Assembly (NCBI RefSeq): GCF_006345805.1
Contig: NC_042998.1
Location: 200,322,001 to 200,386,000, forward strand
Length of the DNA stretch: 64,000 bases
Source: Octopus sinensis
Lineage: Eukaryota
Direction of reading: 5' to 3'
The notes under the pieces are model-generated. The model had not been told where the DNA came from, searched no databases, and was given only the letters and a program-made list of their open reading frames with translations. This document shows, one piece after another, positions 40,388 to 54,423 of the stretch. Made by a program: the position numbers and the translations under genes. The first letter of the stretch is position 1, and the number at the start of each line of letters is the position of its first letter.

Positions 40388-41885
40388 TATTTAGGTGTTC
40401 TGATATAGAGCTAAGTAATATCTGGTGTTAGAGATATGAATTATATGACTTTTAAGGTGTAATGATACATCAAATAGAAACGGCATGTTACTAGTTTATT
40501 GTTTCATTGATTACAATAATTAATTAACCATACTGGATCATAAATCATGCATAAATTGGATTGTTCTAAAGAAGAATTTCTTATGTGAAAGAACAAATTA
40601 GTATTATGTCCCCCACAGTAGAATATGTGCCACTACATTAAAGCAAGTCGTATTTCAGTTCAAAGTGAACTTGTTGCTAACTTCACATTGTAGCATTAAT
40701 ATTACCACCACATTTTTACAGATTCTGGATTATACTGGATCAATGCGTGTTTTTTAAAAGTGATAATCTACGATGCAAAGACCACTTAAAAATGGCCTCT
40801 TTAGCTCATTAATATCAGTGAGAGTATGTATTTCGATTTAGGCTCTAATTAGGGAGAGTTTATATCAAAGGCGTTTCAGCTATGACGATCTTGTATTTTC
40901 GTGATAACATATACAGGATCACATTACCTATAGTGCGTTTTGTAAGGTTGGAGAATGTTATTTGAAGATGTTTTCCTTACCCTTGCTAGAAGTGTATGGC
41001 AATTGCAGTGTAATTCCTTTGTTGATTCTGGTTCAAGTAAAGGAAGATAGATTTAGAGAAAATGATATGTATCAAAACTATTGTTATAAGATAATTATGC
41101 ATTGAATTCCTACCGCGGAAAACTCAGCGTATAATGTTAAAAATATCAAGGAAAAATTTGTGTAAATAACAGAGAAACGTTGATGATAATGTAAGACAAT
41201 GAGAGACAAATAATCAATGCAAGGACGAAAGGAGAAAGGAATAGGTGGGGGATTTCAACTGTTATTGTAAGAATCAAATCTAAAACAATAAGGAATAAGA
41301 AAAAAAATTAAGTTAATGTATACGTGGTAAACGAGAATTATAAATTGAAAGGAAAGGAACGTTAAAGAAAGACAGAAAATAGAGATTTAAAAAATGGATA
41401 CAGAGAAATATACACATATAGGTATATACAGAAATGTAAACAGTGAAATTAAGATTTTCAAATATTTGTGCGTTTACATTTTTTATACGTCTTGATTCGT
41501 GAATGCCTATATTCCTTGACACATCTAACGCTATAAATGTTCAAGTTATATTACAGAATAGCTGAGGTTTTCGGTCAAACATAAATACTATCTCGCATCT
41601 TTCATAAAGCGAATTCAATCGGTGAATTAAACTCTGAAATTGTGAAAGACTTTTTCTGAAATCTATGGTAAAGGATTGTACAGTTTTAACATAGTGGTTA
41701 ATCGATATAAATCCGAAGGCATTATCTTGCAATCTAAACTAAATTAAATCAACACCTTAGTAATCAAAGCATGAAGTATCATATATGTTAGCTCTTAGAA
41801 GCTAAGAAGGAGAAGAATATCCCTAAGGAAATCCGATATTCATGATCACCTGCATTTCTTGAAGAGTGACGTTTGCCCCTTTCGA

Positions 41886-41907
41886 AAGACAAAACCTAAG
41901 GTAGACA

Positions 41908-41946
<39 letters not shown>

Positions 41947-42205
41947 ACACACACAGACACAAACACACACACACAAACACACACACAAACACACACACAC
42001 ACGAACACACACACACAAACACACACACAAACACACGCACACAAACACCCACACACACCCACACACACAAACAAACACACACACACAGACACACACACAC
42101 AAACGCACACACACAAACACACACAAACACACACGCACACATACACACACACAAACACACACACATACAAACACATACACACACACGCATAGATGCGTGC
42201 GTGCA
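41886..42205. repeat. About 320-bp cryptic (CA)n array with CAAA/CAGA interruptions
   Basis: Direct reading. It explains four overlapping CV/HT ORFs. Confidence 0.96.
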
Positions 42206-44719
42206 CATTCCTTCATGAAACTACAACTTCAGAGCAAGCGATAGTGCAGTGCTAGATAAGAGTTCTACTAGACCAGGGCAGGTCTCCCGGTAAATAACAA
42301 GAAACGCGAATGCTGAAAACATTTATGGTTGGATACAGATGCATAATTTGTGAAACATTTAAGTAGATACATAGAAGAAACGAGTCAAATCTGTAGTTTC
42401 CAGCTCCATTTGTGTCCTTTTACATGCATTTCTGGTAGCTACTTTGTGTAACTCAATACTGGAACTCGCATTACAAATACACCATGAATAAAGTAACTGG
42501 TAAGGTACTGTACTTTAAAATATATACTTCTATGTCTATGGAATGACGTAGAATAAAATTCATATACGAGCTTATATATATGATATCATTAACGAAACAT
42601 TAAATTTGATTGCATATTTTTATTTATTCAAAACAACTCGGTACATTCATTAAAAGGAATGCGAAACTTCTTAAAGAAAATAGAGGATTTTTAACCTTCT
42701 TTCATAGATGCGTACGACAGCATCGGTTCAGCTGTCATTATACATAACACCATAAAACATCCATATAAATACACACATAGACACACGAATACACACATAC
42801 ACACACCGATAAACTCTTCCATGTATATATGCAGCTGTAAGTGTTTGTTAATATTATGGAAGTGAAAGGTAGTGTTTAGAATGCTGAATCACAAATTTTA
42901 CCAGCTGAAAAGTTTATCCTGAGAGCAAAAATCACAAGGGCATGATGAAGATTAATTTCATTGCTATCGTCTTACTGTTTTATGAATTAATTATTTGAGA
43001 AGTTTCTTGATCCAACAAAACTACGTTCATCGACAGCCATGGATAGTGTTGCAGGGTGTGAGAAAAGGAATTTCATGAAGACTTCAGTTAACTAATTAAT
43101 TAAACGATTGATTGATTATTCAACTCATCAGATATATGATAATAAAATGGACATAAAATACAACCAACACAAGTGTTTTATAGGTAGAAAACCTATTAAA
43201 TGTACAAATAATACATCTACGTACACACTAACAAACATACATTGCCACACACATAGTCAACACTGACCTATATTGGATGATGAAGCAGATTCAAAAGTAC
43301 CTTTCAGTATGTCGAGTTATAATGAAGCAAATATAAAATGTGAATGAGATACATTCAAATGTTATCCAAATCAGAGACAGAACGAGCAACTTTAGCGGTT
43401 ATACACTTCGCTTTCTGGCTACTGGTGATAGTTTTACAGCCAGTAAAAATAAAGATGAAAGCTAATGAATGGAATAACGGACAGACTAATTAGCCCATAC
43501 AGACACGCCACTATATAATTTTTTAGCGCTTTGAGAAAATTGTCAGTTTGTAATATTCATGTGATTTAATTTCTCTGCGAATGCAGTTAAGTATCATCTA
43601 TAATCAAAAACCTCGAAGAATACTTAATGAGAACAACTTTAAATTTAACCTCAACAACGAAAATCTGAAAATATCGTATTCCACTATAATGTTGTTGTAA
43701 CAAAGTTCACCTTTATGAAGAATTAGTAAGCAGGACCCATATTTACTCCGCATCCGAAGAGGACATTTTGTTTTGTTCCACCAAATAACAGTATTTCTAA
43801 GATATTTTTGCCACTCTCAAGGCACATTTTCCTATCTACGCTTTTCAATTCACACAATGTTTTCTTAAACAATATCTCTCACATTTTGTACCATAGCCGG
43901 AAATACAGTAAAGTATTACCTACAGCGTACAACCAACAAAAATCACCGATGCTGAACAACTTAGCTACTTGCTTCTCTAACTTCATAAATACAAACTTAC
44001 TTCACTTTGAGCAAGAAAATGCAGAAGAAATATATGAAGCCTCTGTAAAAGACTTGAGAAGAGCGTTAGCTAAAACCTTATGACTAGAGAATACGAGGAC
44101 GTCTCTTCATTTTCTGTTTCACATGGAAGATTAGTGACAGGAAACATGAAAATTCTAAAATAAACAGGAATAACCGTTGACAGGCTTCCATAAAAGAGTG
44201 GAAAATTTAATTACCGTTTATTCTTGATTAAATAATTTGATTACCTGGAGACCTGCAAAATATCCCTTAATAAGAAATCAGAAAAGGATTCCTTTCTGCT
44301 CTCGTAATGAAATATTTTCCAAGCTAACTTCCAACAACGGAATCAGAAAATTACTTTCAGGTGTATCAAGGTTTTCTTAACTCACACCATGATCATAAGT
44401 CGATCAACATCATCCAGTAATTTTGGTAGCTGTGTACCATTTTGTCGTTTATGATCTGTCGTATGTAGTAGACGTCCAGCATATGATCGAACGATAAGAA
44501 ACCATGTTTCAAACAGAAGGAGTTCAAATCTTCAAAAACAGCTAGAATCTGAAGGATTCGGTACCTCTCTATCGGGTAATGGAACTGGGAGTAACGACTC
44601 CAAGGGTCATCCCATTGTGAGCTAGAAATATTTATCTACATGGCGTACTCAGCGCAATTTGTATACACACAGACACACGCAAAAATCCACAGACACGCAC
44701 ACACATTATATACTTCTTC

Positions 44720-44915
44720 ATGTGTCTGAATTATTCCCACGAATGTGTGTGTGTGTATATACTTCTCTGGATCTTTCCTTCTCCTATGTTTCCGACGAAG
44801 AGCTCCGCTCGAAACGTTAAACCCTCCTTCTTTCCTGAGCGTCCAATAATACTATATTTGTTCCACGTCCTCGCGTTGTTGTGTTTTTTTGTGTTTTCTT
44901 GTTTGGATTAACTTT
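44720..44915 (+). mobile_element. Penelope-like pseudo-LTR fragment with minimal hammerhead-like motif
   Basis: GTTT-CCGACGA-A-GAGC-tcc-GCTC-GAA-ACGT-T-AAAC at 44787-44822; 3' end abuts (TA)n. A truncated inverted copy is at 49436-49560. Confidence 0.6.
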
Positions 44916-44961
44916 ATATATATATATGTATATATATTATATATATATATATATAATATAT

Positions 44962-44994
<33 letters not shown>

Positions 44995-45002
44995 GTATAT
45001 AG

Positions 45003-45235
45003 GGAGCGTTTACGAAAAAACAAAAGACAAAGACATGTTGTGTACAAAACAAACAGATGTATTAGTATGACGCGCAAGAATAGAAAAAAGTCTTTATGTT
45101 TCGAGCCTACGCTCTTCTACAGAAAGGGACACAGAAAAGAAAACAAGGATAGAAAGAGGGAGAGAAAAAATTGTGTGTAGTGGCTAACGATCTATGATGG
45201 CGACTGTATGAGCGTGTCTCATACAGACACTCTCA
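45003..45235 (-). mobile_element. Penelope-like pseudo-LTR fragment with variant hammerhead motif
   Basis: Minus strand TTT-CTGTAGA-A-GAGC-gtag-GCTC-GAA-ACAT-A-AAG at about 45092-45125; 3' end abuts the same (TA)n from the other side. Confidence 0.6.
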
Positions 45236-45236
45236 C

Positions 45237-45315
<79 letters not shown>

Positions 45316-45739
45316 GAAATAGATAGATAGGGATATAGGTATATAAGCACCTATTCGTTAAAGTCACGAGTCTGGTGACAAGAAGAATGGAGGCAAAAAC
45401 AATATCAATGTAGTGATAAATAAATGGTAAACATTAAGTCATGGATATAATTAAAAAGTAATGAAAATTGAAGAAAATATCCAGAGATTCCAAAGAAATA
45501 TCGCAGAGAAAAATTTATGAAAGAATTAAAAAAAAAAAAATCTTCATGTCAACTCAATGAGATTTCGAGGATTTATATACAATTTATATATTCACACACG
45601 GATGCAAGCTTCCACACGCTTATACAGACACTCCCATAGATATAGAGTAAACCATACTCACGCATTTACAGACAATTCAGATATCACATATATATGCAAG
45701 CACAAATATCACTCCCTTTCCCACTTACTCTCTTTCTCT

Positions 45740-45875
45740 CCCCCTTTCTCACTCTTTAGATATATACATACTTATAAAAATATGTATATATACGTATGTG
45801 TATGCAATATATATATATATATATACATATATATATACACACACACACTATATATATATATATACATATATATAT

Positions 45876-45963
<88 letters not shown>

Positions 45964-46255
45964 CATATATATATATACATATAGACAGACATACGCACAC
46001 ACACACATATATACATCCATATATTTACATATATTGTATATATATATGTGTATATATATATATATATTATATATATATATATATTATGCATATATATGAG
46101 TGCGTGTGTTTATCGGTGCTTCCATATGTGCTTCTGTGTAACAACCGACATACACGGTCACACATGCGCATTCACTCATATACATACACACACACACATA
46201 CACACATGTATAACTATGCATGTATGTATGTATGTATGTATGTATGTATCTATGT
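45740..46255. repeat. Large (TA)n/(CA)n/(TATG)n compound microsatellite
   Basis: Direct reading. Confidence 0.95.
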
Positions 46256-47474
46256 AGGCGAGTTTGTTCAGACCTCTGCTTGTGTAGACGAGATAGAGAC
46301 AAAGATGTTAAGATAGTGTGTGGATAACATATTTCAAAACTTATTCGTCACTAAATCGAAAGAAATTAGAAGAGAAAATATTTAAAGCAAATACAAAATC
46401 CCGAATAAACTCTCCTAAATAATAAAAATATTATTTTCTGTTTCATTTTCTGTTTTTATTTTTGGTATTATCGAAATGGACTAATTTTCTTTTTTATTAT
46501 TTCTAAAATTTCATTGAAAATTCTCCAGATATTTTCTGCTTTTCTATTAGTTTTCTTCTCTTCTAACTTCTATCTTTTGGAATTAAGCAGACTTATTTCG
46601 GTTTTAATTAAATTCTTTCGCTGAGTACTAAAGTAATTTTTCATTTCAGTCGGATTGTCATTAAAGTTTTACGTAAGAAGTTTTGAGTTTGACGAATGAG
46701 ATTTAACTTTAGAGATCAACATTTAAAGAAAACTTACTTATAAGCACGTTGATCTATGCACAGAAGTCGCGGTTTCTCGTATCACCTTCATATTGACAAA
46801 TGTTAGTTACTTCGATTTATATATTCTAAAAGGTTCAATCTACTTGCTCACTAAGGTTCAAACTGATTCAATCATAAAAAAAAAGTTATTGATCGTTATC
46901 TTCTTTTAGATTAAAAAAAAAAAAAAGAAATAGGTATTAACATGTTAAATGCAGTTTTACATTGTTAAGAAACAGAAGTATTTGAAAATTAGGCTTCGAG
47001 TGCTACCCGGCTCTGATTATACATCTATCCATTCGCACATGCACACACACGCACACACGGAACACACGTGCACACACTGAAAATTTGGAACGCAGGATGG
47101 TTGGCAAAGCAAGGGACAGAAAAACAGGAATAAACACATCGGACGTATTGATACTCAACCCATCACAGTTTTTGACCACATGTATCACAATTTCGACACT
47201 TCATCTTTACCTGTATCTATACATATATCCCATTATCTATCAACCTATCTATCTAACAACCCATATATCAATCTATCTGTCTATCTTTTTATCTGTGTGT
47301 CAATCTGTCTGTGTATCTATCTATCTTTGTGTCTTTCAGTCACTCTATCTAGCCAGTTGTGCGTGCGCACGCACGTGTGTGTGCCTATGACCTCTGTCTT
47401 GATTTTTCTTTTAATTTTGATCGACCACTTTCTAAGTGGAGGGTTTGAAGACAAGATAATCTAATTTTTACAGG

Positions 47475-48210
47475 TTTTTTGAGGATGGCCGGGTGCAGAT
47501 ATCCGGTGATTCTTGAGGGTTACCTCCCTAGGTGTCATCGGTGCCTTGAGCCTGCTGCCTGGCAATATAAGGAAAAACTGTCCTCAGGAACAAAGCAAAG
47601 TCCTGGAGCAGTTGATAGAGACTTCTTTAGAAGAAGGAGCGAAAGCAGCCGAAGAAGTGGAGGACTCCTTAAAGAAGGGCTGCAAGAGGAAGAAGGTGAA
47701 CAATAAGGGGTGCTCACCGAAGGATCCTACGGATGAGGGAGGGGAGGTGAATCTCCCGGTCACGGAGGAGACGCTCCCTCCCTCAGTTGAGAAGAAAAAT
47801 ATGAGGAATAGGAAGAAAAACGGAATATTGCAGGCAGGTAGGGGTTGTGCCACCGGCAGGGGAAGAGACAACGTAGGCGGGAATTGTGCCGCCAACTGTA
47901 GAATTGACTACCTCGATCGTGGAGGAAGACAGATTATTGATCTTCTTGTACAGAAGTAGAGAGGTAGAATAGGTGGTGGAAAAACACTATAACGGAATAC
48001 CTTTAACTTTCACACGGGAAACCGAACGGCCTCCGCAGATAGCTGTGGAGGCCATAACGTTGTCCGTGATACGTAGGCTGGAGGGACTCAATGAGGAATA
48101 TCGCTTGTAGCCGGGCGACGCCGATTCGGACCCCGCTTTTGTTTTAATTAAGGCGTAGGTGATGGTGGAGTATACGGGCACAAGCGATGTTGGCGAGGAA
48201 AATTGACATG
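47475..48210 (+). mobile_element. Decayed ORF1 (gag-like zinc knuckle) of a non-LTR retrotransposon, L1/Tx1-like
   Basis: YPVILEGYLPRCHRCLEP, a frameshift, then GNIRKNCP reconstructs a CX2CX4(H)X4C knuckle. A K/E-rich tail with stops follows. Locally GC- and purine-rich. Confidence 0.6.
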
Positions 48211-48484
48211 AGGTTGAAAAGCCTCAGTGTTGTAATGTTTAAGTGTGTAAGAGACTCAGCGCCTCAATTTGTAAATGGACTATTAAGTCCAATAATGGTA
48301 AAAACGGAAGTAAGAGGTTCAATACTTCGGTTTGTTTTTTGTGTAGAAAAATAATGTTTTAGAGAAGCAAAAAAGTCTCCTCCCATTAATATCATTTTAT
48401 TTCATCATTCATCTCATCAATATTTCTGTGCAGCCCGCAAGCTACTCTATATCATGTTTTTTTATGGCCAAACTTTTTGAAATA

Positions 48485-48640
48485 AAGTAGCTTGCTTCCC
48501 TAAAACATAGTTCCGGGTTCAGTCCCATTATGCGGCACATTGGGTGAGTGTCTTCTACTATAATCTCTGGCCGACGAAAGCCTTGTGAGTAGATTTGGTA
48601 GACGGATTCTAAAAGAACCCCGTCGTATGTATATATATAT
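48485..48640 (+). mobile_element. 5' half of a diverged family C SINE
   Basis: agtagcttgct..gggttcagtccc..gtcttctactata..gatttggtagacgg. Confidence 0.8.
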
Positions 48641-48659
48641 ATCGTATGTATTTATGTAT

Positions 48660-48975
48660 ATAGCGGCCCTTCCTGTTTGTTTTCACTGTCCAGTTTGTTG
48701 TATCTACTCTGACCCTCCGCAAAATCCCAAAGTATATTAAATTTGCTTTGTGGGAGTAACTGTTTTATCGAAAGCGTTTATTGTTGTTAAATGCTCGAAA
48801 TACGAGACTAGTGAAACACCTAAGAACTGATTAATTGTCGTTCTTTATGTTGTTTGATTTGTCTTTCATTCGAGTCTTTTGTTGTTCGACAGAACACTTC
48901 ATGTACCATGAATCGTGCTTCGTATTTTTTGTTGTACACGTTTCGTGACATCCTGTGCCCACATATGCATATATA
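48660..48975 (-). mobile_element. Penelope-like terminal-repeat fragment
   Basis: Minus strand ...cacGAAACGTGTAC-AACAAA (3' half of a hammerhead-like core) starting at (TA)n. Homologous to 59540-59875. Confidence 0.55.
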
Positions 48976-49009
48976 TATATATATTTTATTCTTATTTTCA
49001 ACATTTATA

Positions 49010-49295
49010 AATTTTATTTTATCAAGTTTCAGCTCACGAGCTGTGGCCTTGCTGGGGCACCGCCATTCGGTGTTGCTACATGATTTTACTTCACTCATGC
49101 TTTTTAGAAATTGACATTTGGTGCATGAGAGAGTTTGATGCAGCTGCCCTCATCAACACCTGCTGCCGTGAAGTTGGTTCATCTGGGACACCTGACAGGA
49201 AGAGGTCCAGCTTTATTTTAAAGACATCTGCATCCACCCCATGCATGTCTCTCAGGTCCTTCGGGACCTCTGAAGCCCAGGCTCTCACAGTAACT
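49010..49295 (-). mobile_element. 3' end of a CR1/L2-type LINE
   Basis: PKDLRDMHGVDADVFKIKLDLFLSGVPDEPTSRQQVLMRAAASNSLMHQ matches the FKxxLDxFL...NSL C-terminal pattern of CR1/L2 ORF2. A short 3'UTR and A/T-rich tail follow. Confidence 0.8.
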
Positions 49296-49388
49296 TATAT
49301 ATATATATATATATTATATATATATATTATATATATCATATATATATATAGATATATATATACACCTATATATTACATATATGATATA

Positions 49389-49419
<31 letters not shown>

Positions 49420-49808
49420 AGAGTTAAAATCCGAGCACATGAAACATGGGGACAAACACAACAACGCGAGGACGTGGAACATGTATAGTGATATTGGACG
49501 CGCAGGAAAGGAAGAAAGAAGGAAGGGATTTTATTCCTTCTTACATCCCCATTTCTTTTCTCTTGATGTCCTTTGCTTTAGCTAAACCTACCCCGCTGTC
49601 TTTCTTGCTACTATAGACCTCTTTAGTATGAGGTCAGTCCTGATCGATGAACAGTAATCATCTTTCTAATTTTCAAGCAACATTTCTCTAGAATTGTGCA
49701 AATGAATTTGTCCTTTTCCATCTGTACGGTCTCTTGTTTCATTATTCTATATTAAATAGTAATGCTGCAATACTGTCTTGGAAGTAATGAATACATCTGC
49801 CCGTGTAA

Positions 49809-49858
<50 letters not shown>

Positions 49859-50381
49859 CTTACCTACCTAACTACCTACCTAGCTACCTACCTATCTATC
49901 TATCTATATATCTATCTATCTATCTATCTATCTATCTAACTGCCTATTTATTTCTCTCACTCTCCTTTCTCTTTCTCTCTCTCTCTCTATATTATATAAT
50001 ATATATATATATATATATATACTTCCAAACGCGAGGAGATGAAACAGGGACAACTGAAGAAGGGCAAGATTCTTTATGTTGCATGTCTCGTTTATATGTT
50101 TATGCTTTTATTTTTTCGTTTCTCATTATGTACAACATTTTTTTATGCCCTGCACCCATATATGCATGTATATATACATATATGTGTACGTATGTGCATA
50201 CATGTATGTATATATGCATATATATATCAGGTTTTGACTGCTATTTTCAGCGTGTTGATATCTCTCAGATATCGTAAATTATAAATTTAAATAAATGTTA
50301 CAGTGAGATATTTTTTATTCCCATGCAGGACCCTTGATAAGATCGATATTTAAATATTGATCTTATCCTTATTTCTATAAA

Positions 50382-50453
<72 letters not shown>

Positions 50454-50475
50454 TATATATGTTTGTGTGTGTGGT

Positions 50476-50838
50476 GTGTGTGGTAAGTAGCTTGCTAACC
50501 AACCACATGGTTCCGTGTTCAGTCCCACTGCGTGGCTTCTTGGGCAAGTGATTTCTGCTATAGCCCCGGACCGACCAATGACTTGTGAGTGGATTTGGCA
50601 GACGGAAACTGAAAGAAACCTGTCGTATATATGTGTGTGTTTGTGTGTCTGTGTTTGTCCCCCTAGCATTGCTTGACACCGATGCTGGTGTGTTTACGTC
50701 CGCGTCACCCAGCGGTTCGGCAAAAAGACCCGATAACATAAGTACTGGGCTTACAAAGAATAAGTCTCAGGGTCGATTTGCTCGACTAAAGGCGGTGCTC
50801 CAGCATGGCCGCAGTTAAATGACTGAAACAAGTAAAAG
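50476..50838 (+). mobile_element. Family C SINE
   Basis: Plus-strand copy of the 13213-13624 family; A-rich tail. Confidence 0.92.
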
Positions 50839-51349
50839 AAAAAAAAAGAAAGAAAGAATATACATATATATATATATGTTTACATATATGTGTGTGTGTG
50901 TGTGTGCGTGTGTGTATGTATACCCGTGTTTATCTGCACGTGTTTGTAACATCGCTATGAAAGTAGGTCCCATAGACAAGCAACTTTTTATCGGTAGGCT
51001 GGATGATCGAACTGACTCATTTCTCTATACTCACACATCGATATTCACTTATCTTCCTTGATAGGAAGGGAAAAGGTGACCCTCCACGGATGAGGCTTTA
51101 TTCAGCAACGATTATAGGGCTTTAACAGCAATCATATATATTCATTTGCCCTGTTGTTTGTTTACATTTCTGACACTCATTCAGAATATCTAATAGTCAC
51201 TCAGTGCCACGTTTATTGATAATTCTTTTGATTTCTAATATATGAGTAACATTATAACCTCGGCAAACATACTACAAAAGAACACATGTAATTGAAAGAG
51301 ATATATAGGGATATACGTACATATGCTTAAGTGCGTACTTCTGCAAGGT

Positions 51350-51422
51350 TCCGTAGATATACAGATATACAAATATACACAGGTGAAATGGGAAAATGCA
51401 GCTGATATATACACACACACAC

Positions 51423-51492
<70 letters not shown>

Positions 51493-52478
51493 CATACATA
51501 CATACATACATACGTATACACACACATACACGCACACACACACATACTCATATGTAATATATATATATACTATATATATTTATATATATATGTATATATA
51601 TATACATATACATATATACATATGTATATATATATATATGTATCTACATATGTATATATATATCACTCACACACATACATATATGTATACACACATATAC
51701 ATATATATGTGTGTATATATATGTATCTACATAACTCTGAAGCGTTTATGTATGCGCATGTGTACACTATCGACTTAGCTTATTTGCTTAGATTTAATAT
51801 TTTTCCTGTGTATACGGAAGCTTCTCATACTGTTCCGCACTCTTAAAATCTCACTCACACACACACGAAATCATACACACAGACGTACACACACGCACAC
51901 ACAGACACACCGATGTGTATTTGGCGTGTGTGCTGTATGATCACTATGTTCTGTGTGCCTCTATATAATGTCACTCTTTGTCTCTGTATAACTCTGTGTG
52001 TGTATGTGTGTGTGTGTCTGTGTGTGTGTGTGTATGTGAATATGCTGGTGAGTGTGTGCATATGTATGAGACGGCGTAAACCTATTGCGCACCTGTGTGC
52101 GCACCTGTGTCTTAGCACACCAAGAAACCACCGCTTATATCGTCGTGTGCCTCTCCGTGTGTATGTGTGTATGTGTGTGTGTGTTTTGTGTCTGCATGTG
52201 TGTGTGATAGTGTGTGTGAGTGAGTGTGGTGTTTGCGTGAATTTGGATTAGCGTGTGCGACTGTGCTTTTCTGTCCCTATTTTGTATGCGGGCATGTGTG
52301 TGCATCTGTGAATATACATACCTGTATAGTAACACACGAGCAGAAACATGAACATCTACCGGTAGTCTTATACGTTGACAGGGGGATATTTGTAAACGAA
52401 AAAATTATGATTATAGAGCAAGAAGCATACGAAGGAATTTGCTGTCTTTGATACTCACATGAATGCACAAGCATATGC

Positions 52479-52552
<74 letters not shown>

Positions 52553-52664
52553 ATATATATATACATATATGTATATATATAATATATACACATGCATACA
52601 TACATATATATATATATCTACATACATATTATTATATATATATATCTACATACATATGTTTATG

Positions 52665-52732
<68 letters not shown>

Positions 52733-52802
52733 CTATACACATCATACATATATATATATATATTATATATATCTATACATATATATATATACATATATAT
52801 AT

Positions 52803-52847
<45 letters not shown>

Positions 52848-53084
52848 CATACGTATATATATATATATACACACACCATATATATATATATTTGATTGTG
52901 TGTGTATGTGTTCGTGTGTTGTGTGAATTTGTGTGTATGTATACATGTATATATATATGCATTAACACTGTTTTCCTTTTTTTCTTTTCCAGAGAGGTGT
53001 TTATCCATCAAAGACTCCCATCCACACACACACATATGTATGTATGTATGTATGTATGTATGTGTATGTATGTATGTATGTATG

Positions 53085-53116
<32 letters not shown>

Positions 53117-53155
53117 TGTATGTGTGTGTGTATGTATGTATGTATGTGTGTATAT
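51350..53155. repeat. About 1.8-kb compound microsatellite field (TA, CA/TG, TATG)
   Basis: Direct reading. It accounts for more than 20 spurious ORFs. Confidence 0.95.
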
Positions 53156-54189
53156 GAGTAAATGCCATACTGCATGAATCGCTATTCAGATATATCTCAT
53201 TTCCACACTACTGATTGCTAGCAGTGAAAAGCTTCTTATTAAAATCTAAAGAAGATTGCGAATGTCAGCTGAATGAAGCCATACAGCTGAAGGCTCCGCA
53301 TTAATTACTAGCATATCGATACAACATGGATAATAAATATGTATATATAGAGAGTTATACTAATACATACCGTATATGTCTATGTATGTTCGTATGTGAA
53401 TGTTTGTATGTGTGCTCGCGCGATATATATATATATATATAGATATTTTAATTACATTTCCTCAGTGCGAATCTTTGTTGGTTCCATCACTCATTTTAGG
53501 CAACCTGTTATGAGTAACTAATCAGATGAGTTTCGCCATATACAGTTCATCATGATACAGTTGACATTTATTTAAATAAAGAAAACCTTTCGACACCGAT
53601 CAGTTATAATTACTTATTTCCTTAGTCCTCTACCACAGGTGAATCTCATGTGTTTTGAAAACACATTGCCTGAAGGGAAGAAATCTCGGATAACGATTAC
53701 CAATACGGAACAACGGTGATCTGGCGTTCACGTTCAAATCTGCCACAACTTATTAAGAATGAATAGATATGCCATTGTTTGGCTCTTCGATTTTCGACAT
53801 GCATCCGTTGAATTGTGAAGATTATACATTTTTGTATACGCATGCGTATATCCCTTTCATTCTTTCTCACTTTCATTGTGTAAAATTACCATTCAAACAC
53901 GGATACGCACACACATATATGTGTGTTTGATATAGGCTTGCTCTATATCGCCTTACCTGCTTTCTTTCTTTCTTTCTTTCTTTTATTCTTTCTTCCTTTC
54001 TTCCTTTTTTTCCTTCTTTCTTTCTTTCTTTTTTTCTCTCTCTCTCTCTCACTTACTCTCTATCTGTCAGTCTTTCTGTCTATGTAAGCGTGTTTATGAA
54101 TCTGCAGATATGTGTGTATTCGTGTGTATAAGATCCCGCGTAAACCGGTTGTTGCTCTATGTAGTGTCTGCCCTACATGCACACATTCT

Positions 54190-54423
54190 CTAGGCTCAGT
54201 TCTCTTAATTTCAGTTTCAGATATTGGCTCAAGACCAACCAGGTCTGTGGAAGAGTTGAGTCGATCACATCGATCCCAGTATTCAACTATTACTTATATT
54301 ATCAACCCTCATGTGATGGAATACAATGCCGACCTCGGCGGAATTTAAACGCAGAACGTGGAGATGGATGAGAGGCCGCTAAGCAATTTGACCGCTGTGC
54401 TTACGTTTCTGCTAGCTCGCCGC
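54190..54423 (-). mobile_element. Diverged family A SINE
   Basis: Minus-strand GGCGAGCTAGCAGAAACGT head and ttccgccgaggtcggca core. Confidence 0.8.

Noticed and set aside
47987-48181. Minus-strand 64-aa ORF in the GC-richer island
   Set aside because: Antisense shadow of the plus-strand ORF1 remnant.
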